The notes beneath the pieces are model-generated. The model did no database searches and was not told where the DNA came from. It saw only the letters and a list, made by a program, of their open reading frames with translations. A stretch of DNA of 64,000 nt from an uncultured Gemmatimonadota bacterium (lineage in GTDB: Bacteria > 4572-55), in the NCBI GenBank assembly GCA_964404765.1, contig CAYOLL010000010.1, forward strand, positions 159 to 64,158, given 5' to 3'. Both the position numbers and the translations under genes were made by a program. Position 1 is the stretch's first letter, and each line of letters opens with the position of its first letter. This document shows, in pieces, positions 20,001-27,280 of this stretch.

Positions 20001-21171
20001 TATGAACTTTCGGGAGATTAAAGATAATGCCGAGCAGCATTACAAACAACTGACAACCTATCTGAACGGACGAGGCGTCGCCAGCATTGATCTGACTTTG
20101 CTGGAACTTGTCGCCAAGCCCGTCCACCTGCCGTTCCGCCGCCTGATTAACCAAAACATGCTGGAACGCCTGTTTGCCGGACGCCAAAAAACCCGCAAAA
20201 AAGTTGACCCGGAGCTGGTAAAGGAAATCGTCATACTGCACACCGACTTGCTGACAGCGGCCAAAGAATTTGCCCAGACGCCCGGTAAACCGACCAAAAT
20301 CACCGGCGCGATGAAACGGACATTAACGGCGACGCTGCAACTGCCCCAGCTCAAAGCAAAGTTGGGTGGCAAGAAGATCAAAAGAGACCTGAAAACTGCG
20401 GTAGCCAGAATTGAAACACGATTGGACGGCGATCTCCTGAATTGGGCCACCCTCTTTTCATGGATATTCGTGCGCGATTTTGGCAAGCTAAAAAGCGACA
20501 AAACCGGCTATGAAGAAATCGGTCGCGACTGGCTTGACGAGTGGACTTTGAATAAAGTTCTGGAAAATATATTGCAACCGTTTGGCCAGACCGCTGACGA
20601 CATTCCGGGCCGGATCAATTTAATCAAAACACTGATGCTGCATCAAAACCGGTTTAAAAATCTGACTCCGCCGACCAAACCAGCGCGAAAAAAATCGTCG
20701 GCCAAACCCGCGGCAAAAAACATTCCCTTGCCGACTGCCGCGCTGAAAAATGAAAAGCCGGCCTATCAATTTATCACCGCATTATTGAAAGATACGGACG
20801 CCCGCAACTACATCCGGGTCAATCGGTTCCAGGAAGTGCTGTGGTTTGGCAAGGAACTTTTTGATGATTTAATCGACTGGCTGTACATCATCTCCATTGT
20901 CGAACTGCTGGCCAGACCGAAGCTGAAAAAGGCCGACCTGGCGCAGGAAATTTTGCGCTGCAACGCGTTGATAGCCGAAATTCACACCGCCGGCGACCAA
21001 TCCGAGTATCAGATCGAAAAATTAGTCAACATTTTGCAAAAACCCGCCAAAAAAGCGCAGGTAAGACACAAGCTGAACCGAAAACCCGCCGCGAAAAAAG
21101 CAAAGCCACCCAAAACTAAAAAGCCGAAAACCCGCGTCAGGCCTAAAGCTGCACGGATCAACAAGACCTAA
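17038..21171 (+). CDS. GH13 alpha-amylase-family protein with low-complexity insertion and Lys/Pro/Ala-rich tail
   Basis: GH13 regions DMVPNH, RFDAAM, AEAFW, NPDE; PWNDTAQL. Confidence 0.88.
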   Translation: MTYPFLEFHVSRKARDRYKFDLSLFATNGKVILTNFSASRQFAHKMNEVRDVVAFPEEAVKASEINAMGLIDEMLHFMIHLYRQHVNASVIEGALRWLQDRYTPDEIDETLLTFVEEFPPIGVYRGKMTAAQYLKGKSNDIPNRYLALEEMFILWIENSNPAFARYQELIDDSALEKKSIYTEIIAQTTNYFEHQPPPMTGHRTLLDLLFEPAKLHPHSLTDQLEALRQYLVKTQDNWKREQTEKIKEEFRQKNQPLPETFHIPDLVDVKLLHRPLTAIDFIKEEAEKPVFQGALKAETLVKSFWGEEREPEGYTNDLDWMPGCILIAKNTYVWLEQMSKKYDRKISKLDQIPDEELDTLARWGVNGLWLIGLWERSHASKKIKQLCGNPDAEASAYALLDYAIAKDLGGKKAFGKLSKRAKKRGIHLAGDMVPNHMAMDSKWVLDHPEWFLQSDTPPYPSYTFEGPNVGRTKKMRIYLEDKYYSRKDAAVVFKRVDAKTEKAAYIYHGNDGTNMPWNDTAQLNFLLPEVREAVIKAIIHTADFFSIIRFDAAMVLAKKHYQRLWFPQPGTGGAIASRSAYSMTQEEFDAQIPAEFWREVVDRMAKERPNTLLLAEAFWLMEGYFVRTLGMHRVYNSAFMNMLRNEENAKYRQTIKNILEFDPDIMKRHVNFMSNPDEETALRQFGKESKYFGVCMLMVTTPGLPMFGHGQVEGFHEKYGMEYRRAKHHETPDDHLIHRHEREIFPLLKKRRMFADVENFCLYDFVMENGHVYEDVIVQSNAHDGDRALVVFLNSPGKVKGWIRTSARYLIKGEVAARNVDGEWVEAEELEIKNEELGIKKTSLQDKDVASKSNKTSLQDVGTAKISDKVASQKSNVVKQADKVEIAKPTVVEAPKKATKAAADTGKPGAETPAPEDTEPSPESNLVIRERGKFERKLLVDGLQIKPADDVYCAYRDHITGLEYIVSSQTLAVKGFYVELEAYDYHLYMNFREIKDNAEQHYKQLTTYLNGRGVASIDLTLLELVAKPVHLPFRRLINQNMLERLFAGRQKTRKKVDPELVKEIVILHTDLLTAAKEFAQTPGKPTKITGAMKRTLTATLQLPQLKAKLGGKKIKRDLKTAVARIETRLDGDLLNWATLFSWIFVRDFGKLKSDKTGYEEIGRDWLDEWTLNKVLENILQPFGQTADDIPGRINLIKTLMLHQNRFKNLTPPTKPARKKSSAKPAAKNIPLPTAALKNEKPAYQFITALLKDTDARNYIRVNRFQEVLWFGKELFDDLIDWLYIISIVELLARPKLKKADLAQEILRCNALIAEIHTAGDQSEYQIEKLVNILQKPAKKAQVRHKLNRKPAAKKAKPPKTKKPKTRVRPKAARINKT

Positions 21172-21197
21172 CCCGAGCAAGCCGCAACCAAAAAGCT

Positions 21198-21262
21198 CTC
21201 ACGCAAAGGCGCCAAGCCGCAAAGCAAATAATTTTCTTGGCTTCTATGCGACTTTGCGTGAG
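21198..21262. repeat. CACGCAAAG...CTTTGCGTG palindromic repeat
   Basis: 11-bp IR CTCACGCAAAG/CTTTGCGTGAG; same style as 37534-37662 and 39655-39782. Confidence 0.7.
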
Positions 21263-21372
21263 GGTATTTTCTCGATCTTCGGATCGTTTTTTTTTGTTTA
21301 CAAGCCTGACGTTTTCGGTTATGATAATGACCTTACCTCCCGGAAATCCATCCACATGTCTTCTATAGCGAC

Positions 21373-23685
21373 ATGTGGAGAAATGTCATTTTTCAAGAGT
21401 TCATCGCACATTTTCAAGTAATTACACACTCAAAAATGACCTTTCTTGGACTTTATCACACCTCCTATATGCTTGCTGAAGCCATGATTTTTCTTTTTTG
21501 CATTTTCGTGCTAATGTTGCCGGCTACGCTGCGGGCCGACAATGCCGATTGCGTTATAGCCCTAACGGACGGCCCGACCCGGCTGGCGTTGGGGCGGCAT
21601 CTGCAATATGTCGAAGACCCGACCGGTCGGCTGACCTTTGCCGATATTCGTTGTCGCGACTTCGATGACAACTGGATTGCGTCCAAATCCGATGTGCCGA
21701 ACTTTGGCTTTTCAAATTCGGCTTATTGGGTGCGGCTGCCATTCAAAAATCAGTCTGAAAAGTCACTTCCTCTTCTTTTGGAATACGGCGTGTCGTCCAT
21801 ACGCGAGGCGGATTTTTATACGACGGACGGGCGAGTTTATCGGGCCGGTTATGATCAACCTTTTTCCCAACGCCAAATCAACTACCGCAACGCCGTCCTT
21901 CCTTTTGAATTTGGCCCGCTTCAAGCGGATACGCTTTATGTGCGGGTTCGATCTTATGTGGCGGTGCATTTGCCATTTTCGGTGTATACCCAGGCAAAGT
22001 TTATGGAGGTCAGTCAACAAGCCCAATTCGGTTGGGGGCTGTATTTTGGGCTGATGATCATCATGGCCTTGTACAACCTGTTTCTTTTCTTTGGGTTACG
22101 GGACATCAACTACCTGTATTATACGGCTTGCGTTATAACGATGGGATTGTTTCAGTTCAGCTTTGAAGGGTTTGCCTTTCAATACCTTTGGCGCGAGAGT
22201 CTGTGGTGGAACTCACAAAGCATTTCGACTTTTGTAGCATCGCTTGGGTTTTTTGTCCATGCTTTTTGCCAGTCATTCCTGAATACCAAAGCGTACTTGC
22301 CCAGGATGCATAGACTGTTGACCGTTCTTAAATGGATTATCGCTTTTATCGGCATCGGCGGGCTATTTGCCCCGTTTTACATCAGCGGGTTTTTAATGCT
22401 GATCTTTGCCCTGTTCGCCGTCTGCGTCATGATCCTGACCGGGCTGATCCGGTTATGGCAAGGTTTTGCGGCGGCCAAGTTTTTTGTGTTGGGCTGGATC
22501 GCCTTGCCGGTCGGGGGGTTGGTCACAACCTTATGGCTATTGGGCGTCATTCCGGAAACGCCGCTTGTCGCCCATTCCGGGGTCATCGGAAGCGCCCTGG
22601 AGGTTTGGCTGCTGTCGCTGGCCTTAGCCGATCGCTACCGGGTCATCAAGCTGGAAAAAGAGGCGGCCCAGGCCGAAGCCCTGCGGTTGCAGCAGCAGAC
22701 CGGCGCGGATTTGGAACGGCAGGTGACCGAGCGCACGTCCCAACTGCAAGCCGCCAACGAAAAGCTGGTGGAGTTGGATCAATTTAAGCAGGGCATGTTG
22801 GGGATGATCGTCCACGACCTGAAAAATCCACTGAGCGTCATGATTACGGCGTTGGATTCCCATTCTCTCAGGTCCCAGCTTGATATTCTAAAGCAAGCCA
22901 CGCGGCAAATGGTCCATTTAGTGCAAAACATCCTCGACGTGCAAAAATTTGAAGACGCCCATATTGATCTAAAAACAAAATCGTGCCCGCTTCATACGCT
23001 GGTGGACGACGCGCTCCGGCAAGTGCGTTTTGTGGCCGATGCAAATCGCACACAGTTTGCGGTGAATATCCCGGAGCGGTTTATTGTGCAGGTGGATGGC
23101 GACATGATTGTGCGGGTGCTGGTGAATCTGCTGACGAATGCCGTTAAATTTACGCCCGACGGCGGTCGGATTACGGTTCAGGCCGAACCGATGTCATCCG
23201 ATTGGGTCACAGTGCGAGTTGTGGACACCGGCGCCGGCATTGCCCCGGAAAATTTGGCGACCGTCTTCAATAAATTCCGTCAGGCCGAGGCGCGGGATTC
23301 CGGCATCATGCCCTCAACCGGTTTGGGTCTGTCATTTTGCAAGCTGGCGGTGGAGACGCACGGCGGCCAGATCGGGGTTGAGTCCACGCCGGGTCAAGGC
23401 AGCGTCTTCCGGTTTACCGTGCCGGGCGGGTTGGAATCGGCCTCGCCCGGCGCGCTGGAGAAACCGCACCCTCAAGTTCAACTGTCGGCGTCCGAGCATG
23501 CGTATCTGGCAGTGTTTATCACTCAACTCCGGCAGCTTGAAATAGATGAATTTTCTGAGCAGCGGGCAATATTGAGGCAGATTCAACCGGATGCCGGTCC
23601 AAATATCCGGGAATGGCTGAAAGCTTTACAACTTGCATTGGATACGGAAGATGACGACTTGTACAAGGAGTTGCTATGCCGATAA
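21373..23685 (+). CDS. 7TM-DISM sensor histidine kinase; true start probably somewhat downstream (ATGs at about 21436-21486)
   Basis: 7TMR-DISM-like ectodomain (PNFGFSNSAYWVRL), 7 TM, H-box IVHDLKNPL, NLLTNAVKF, DTGAGI, GLGLSFC, GQGSVF. Confidence 0.88.
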   Translation: MWRNVIFQEFIAHFQVITHSKMTFLGLYHTSYMLAEAMIFLFCIFVLMLPATLRADNADCVIALTDGPTRLALGRHLQYVEDPTGRLTFADIRCRDFDDNWIASKSDVPNFGFSNSAYWVRLPFKNQSEKSLPLLLEYGVSSIREADFYTTDGRVYRAGYDQPFSQRQINYRNAVLPFEFGPLQADTLYVRVRSYVAVHLPFSVYTQAKFMEVSQQAQFGWGLYFGLMIIMALYNLFLFFGLRDINYLYYTACVITMGLFQFSFEGFAFQYLWRESLWWNSQSISTFVASLGFFVHAFCQSFLNTKAYLPRMHRLLTVLKWIIAFIGIGGLFAPFYISGFLMLIFALFAVCVMILTGLIRLWQGFAAAKFFVLGWIALPVGGLVTTLWLLGVIPETPLVAHSGVIGSALEVWLLSLALADRYRVIKLEKEAAQAEALRLQQQTGADLERQVTERTSQLQAANEKLVELDQFKQGMLGMIVHDLKNPLSVMITALDSHSLRSQLDILKQATRQMVHLVQNILDVQKFEDAHIDLKTKSCPLHTLVDDALRQVRFVADANRTQFAVNIPERFIVQVDGDMIVRVLVNLLTNAVKFTPDGGRITVQAEPMSSDWVTVRVVDTGAGIAPENLATVFNKFRQAEARDSGIMPSTGLGLSFCKLAVETHGGQIGVESTPGQGSVFRFTVPGGLESASPGALEKPHPQVQLSASEHAYLAVFITQLRQLEIDEFSEQRAILRQIQPDAGPNIREWLKALQLALDTEDDDLYKELLCR

Positions 23686-24524
23686 AAAAGGACGTAATTC
23701 TGTTGGTGGATGACGAAGTCGCCTATCTGCATAGCATGGCGGAAGCTTTTGAGGCGGCCAATCTGCCCTACAAAATTCATAAGACGATCAAGCCGTTTAA
23801 GGCGGTAGAAATTGCTCGCGCCTTGCAGCCGGATTTGATTATTACCGATTGGGATATGCCCAAAATGACCGGTATCCAACTGATTCTGGCCTTAAAGGAT
23901 TACGAGGAAACCCGCGATATTCCGATCATCATGTGCACCGGCATTCGCATCGAATCTACTGACCTGGCCGAAGCGCTGCGCGCCGGGGCGGTGGATTTTA
24001 TCCGCAAGCCCATTGATACGGTGGAGCTGCTGGCCCGAACGCGCATGATGCTGCATCTGGGTCAAAGTACTCGCCAAATAAAGCAGCAGAATCAGCAATT
24101 GGCCCGCCATATCGAAATTCAGCAAAAGCGGCTTTTGGAAATTGCCGAAACCGTTGCCGACAAAAACAAAATGATCGCCGAACTGCAAGCGCGCCTGCCG
24201 GAAACGCCCGCCGAAGAGTTAGCGCTTAAAACCATCACCGAGCTGCGCGCGCTTTTGGATAAAGAAAAGGATTGGGCCACCTTTGAAGCCCACTTTGACA
24301 TCAATTATCCCCAGTTTTTAATGCGCCTAATGGCAGCCTTCCCCCAGTTATCCAAACAAGAATTGCGTATCTGTATGCTGATCAAGGTCGGTATGAGTTC
24401 GACTCAAATAGCGAACCTGCTCTTTTTAGCCAAACGCAGCATTGATTCCCACCGCCACAATATCCGCAAAAAAGTCGGCCTCGATGTGGAGCAGGAATTG
24501 TCTCTGTTTTTGGAGACGATTTAA
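23676..24524 (+). CDS. Response regulator, REC + LuxR-type HTH
   Basis: LLVDD, IITDWDMP (phospho-Asp), FIRKP; C-terminal LSKQELRIC...IDSHRHNIRKK. Confidence 0.92.
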   Translation: MPIKKDVILLVDDEVAYLHSMAEAFEAANLPYKIHKTIKPFKAVEIARALQPDLIITDWDMPKMTGIQLILALKDYEETRDIPIIMCTGIRIESTDLAEALRAGAVDFIRKPIDTVELLARTRMMLHLGQSTRQIKQQNQQLARHIEIQQKRLLEIAETVADKNKMIAELQARLPETPAEELALKTITELRALLDKEKDWATFEAHFDINYPQFLMRLMAAFPQLSKQELRICMLIKVGMSSTQIANLLFLAKRSIDSHRHNIRKKVGLDVEQELSLFLETI

Positions 24525-24637
24525 GTAATTGCTCAAAAAGTGGTGGTAAACCTAACCTTGCGAAGGCTTCAGTGCACGACTTCACAAGTTTTGCAGTAAA
24601 GCCTTCGCAAGGTTACCCACGCTTTTTGAGCAATTAC
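24525..24637. mobile_element. MITE (113 bp) with perfect 16-bp TIR and 8-bp target-site duplication
   Basis: GTAATTGCTCAAAAAG (24525-24540) / CTTTTTGAGCAATTAC (24622-24637); CGATTTAA at 24517-24524 and 24638-24645; interior is an AACCTTGCGAAGG REP pair. Confidence 0.88.
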
Positions 24638-24691
24638 CGATTTAATTGCCAAGGTGGCGTCTATCTATATTTTAGTGATATGTAAGATTTC

Positions 24692-24863
24692 AGCCCCAGC
24701 GGGGCGATCCGTTTGTAGAAACAAGCGCCAAATATAGAATTGATAAGCCCCGGAAGGGCGACCCATTCATCCGGGCAGTCGTTGACAGGTCACCCCTAAC
24801 GGGGTTAATTCGGATAATATTTGGAGCAATTTCTGCTACAAACAGTCCACCCCTAACGGGGTG
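24692..24863. repeat. REP-like element, GCCCC..GGGGCG family, copy 2
   Basis: GCCCCAGCGGGGCG, GTTTGTAG/CTACAAAC and CACCCCTAACGGGGT hairpins. Confidence 0.7.
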
Positions 24864-25240
24864 AAAAGCGAAGCATGATTGCATAACCTATTTTATAACA
24901 ACACGTTGACGGCGTACATTCAAATCTTAGTAACATTGGGCTTTAGCCATTTTTTCGACCTGGTAAAAAATGAAAGATTATGCCCATTGCCAGTATAAAT
25001 TTATCGAAAAAATTCCGTACCAAATAAATTTCTTTCCGTACTGCGTATTTCCTATTTTCCCCTAAATTGTCCCATGTCGCCAAAGTTGTCTGTTTACGGT
25101 TGGATTGACTGACCGGCTGAAAGGGTCGGCGACGCCCCAAACAGACGGGCCGGGCAGCCGGATTCTTCCGGGCGAAACGGCAGCATCATCAACGGATTCC
25201 GTCACTTACGGGAGGCGGAATCCGTCCATCTTGCCTTCAA

Positions 25241-25480
25241 TTTTATTCATTCATTTTAAGAATAACCTTGCGAAGGTTCACGCTGGGGAGTTCGGTGATC
25301 CATGAAAGTATTGACTCCGCAACAAGTTTAACCTTCGCAAGGTTACTTGCATCAGCATTCCATTTTATTCATTCATTTTTAAGAATAACCTTGCGCAGGT
25401 TCACGCTGGGGAGTTCGGTGAACCTTGAAAGTCTTGACTCCGCAACAAGTTTAATCTTCGCAAGGTTACCTGCATCCATT
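25241..25480. repeat. Tandem duplication (about 123-bp period) of an AACCTTGCGAAGGTT REP unit
   Basis: Units at 25264-25344 and 25387-25467, each preceded by TTTTATTCATTCATTTT(T)AAGAAT. Confidence 0.85.
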
Positions 25481-25496
25481 TAAAAGGAGGCGTCTC

Positions 25497-27224
25497 ATGA
25501 AACGATTCACCTTATCCATCACGGTTCTGTTTACCCTGCTGTTGACGACCCAATTGCTGTGGGCCCAATCGGCCAAGATCAGCTTCCAGGGCGTGCTGCG
25601 CGACAATGTCGGCCGCTCCGTGGCCGACGGCACGTACGCGCTGACCTTCAAGTTCTACACCGCCGCTACCGGCGGGACGCAAGTCGGCTCCAACATCGCC
25701 AAGAACGTGACCGTCGAAAACGGCGTCTATTCGGTCATCTTAGACAGCACGGATTTGACCGGCATTCCGTTCAACGCCGATTATTTTGTGGCCGTGGTCT
25801 ATAACGGCGTGGAGTTCCCGACCCGCGGCGATCTGACCGCATCGCCCTATGCCATGTCGCTGCTTGGCACCAGCAACATTTTTCCCGGTAGTGGCAGTGT
25901 GGGCATCGGTATCACCAACCCGACTTTTGACCTGTGTATTGGTGACAATGACACGGGTATTGATCAGCTCAGCGACGGCGTTTTGGCTATCAAGACCAAT
26001 AATACCCAGCGGATCCGCATCAACTCCAACGGCAATGTGGCCATCGGCGCAAACACCACGCCGGCCATTGATCTGGCTATCGGCGATGACAACTCCGGTT
26101 TGAATTTTACCTCCAACGACAGTCTGGGCATTTATACCAACGGCGTGGAGCGGATGCGCTTTGACAGCAGCGGTAAGGTTGGTATTGGCACAAATGCCCC
26201 ATCCACTCGGCTGCACTTTAAAGGCACGACAGCCACCGACGCCGTATTCTTTCTGGAGCCGGGTGATTGGAACGGCGCCGGCGATTATGCCGAAATCCGC
26301 TTTGGCGATACCTCGCATTACATTCGCGCCGAGCATAGCACCGGCATGACTTTTCACGACACGGATCGGTTTTATTTTAGCGGCTCCCGTGTGGGCATCG
26401 GCACCAACGATCCCCAGGCGATGCTTGATGTGCGGGGTACCAACGTCAATTGGAATCATGGTGCAAATGCCGACCAGTATTATTACGACGGTCAATCCAA
26501 CGATAATAACGCGAGTACAAATGTGGTAGCTTATTTTGATAACTGGATTATGATCAAAAACGGTCTGATTGCCGCTCAATCCCCAACCCTATCCGATGCT
26601 AGGGCCAAGGTGATTATCGGGCAAAGCCATTCGGATGCCGATTTGAAAAAACTGCAGCAAATTAAGGTCACGGATTTTCGCTGGATTGATAAATCCCTTT
26701 GCGGCGACAAGGTTCAAAAGAAGGTCATTGCTCAAGAGTTGAAAGAAGTCTATCCCGAAGCGATTACGTATGTCGAGAAGGCCATTCCGAATGTATATGA
26801 AAATGCCGCCGATTTTCAGTATAACGCGGACAACCGGCTGCTGACGATCACGACAACCAAGCGGCACGGGTTTGTTGCCGGGGACTTTGTTGACATCTAT
26901 GTTGACGCCGGCGATTTGAGCAAGACCGAAGTTAAAGAAATCATCTCCGAAAACACCTTTGCCGTCTCGTGCGAACACAAGCCAAAAGGCGTCTTCGTCT
27001 ATGGCAAATGGGTCAATGACTTTCACATCGTTGATTACGACGCCATTGCCATGCTCAACGTCAGCGCCACGCAGGAGCTGGCCCGCGAGAATGAAGCGCT
27101 CAAGGCCAAAGTCACTGCGCTGGAAGCGAAAGTGGCCGAACTGGAGCAACTGAAGACGCGCTTTGCCCAAGTCGAAGCCATGTTGAAACAGCAACCCGCT
27201 GTTAAACAAACCAGCCTCCACTAA
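25497..27224 (+). CDS. Secreted tail-fibre-like protein 1 with peptidase S74/ICA autochaperone and C-terminal coiled coil
   Basis: Sec-type signal peptide; ISFQGVLRD...PYAMSL N-domain; repeated G(S/N/K)V(G/A)IG units; SDARAK Ser-x4-Lys site (Ser codon 26592); DYDAIAMLNVSATQEL; heptad-rich tail. Confidence 0.85.
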   Translation: MKRFTLSITVLFTLLLTTQLLWAQSAKISFQGVLRDNVGRSVADGTYALTFKFYTAATGGTQVGSNIAKNVTVENGVYSVILDSTDLTGIPFNADYFVAVVYNGVEFPTRGDLTASPYAMSLLGTSNIFPGSGSVGIGITNPTFDLCIGDNDTGIDQLSDGVLAIKTNNTQRIRINSNGNVAIGANTTPAIDLAIGDDNSGLNFTSNDSLGIYTNGVERMRFDSSGKVGIGTNAPSTRLHFKGTTATDAVFFLEPGDWNGAGDYAEIRFGDTSHYIRAEHSTGMTFHDTDRFYFSGSRVGIGTNDPQAMLDVRGTNVNWNHGANADQYYYDGQSNDNNASTNVVAYFDNWIMIKNGLIAAQSPTLSDARAKVIIGQSHSDADLKKLQQIKVTDFRWIDKSLCGDKVQKKVIAQELKEVYPEAITYVEKAIPNVYENAADFQYNADNRLLTITTTKRHGFVAGDFVDIYVDAGDLSKTEVKEIISENTFAVSCEHKPKGVFVYGKWVNDFHIVDYDAIAMLNVSATQELARENEALKAKVTALEAKVAELEQLKTRFAQVEAMLKQQPAVKQTSLH

Positions 27225-27256
27225 GAAATGACATTTCTCCAAGAAATGTCATTTCT
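27224..27256. repeat. 33-bp double palindrome AGAAATGACATTTCT-CCA-AGAAATGTCATTTCT, intergenic copy
   Basis: Identical to 32480-32512 and 53025-53057. Confidence 0.92.
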
Positions 27257-27280
27257 ACCACCCCTAAAACGGAGGTTAGC

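Noticed and set aside
25241-25480. CRISPR array
   Set aside because: Only two about 123-bp units with near-identical interiors (no unique spacers) and no cas genes; it is a tandem REP duplication.
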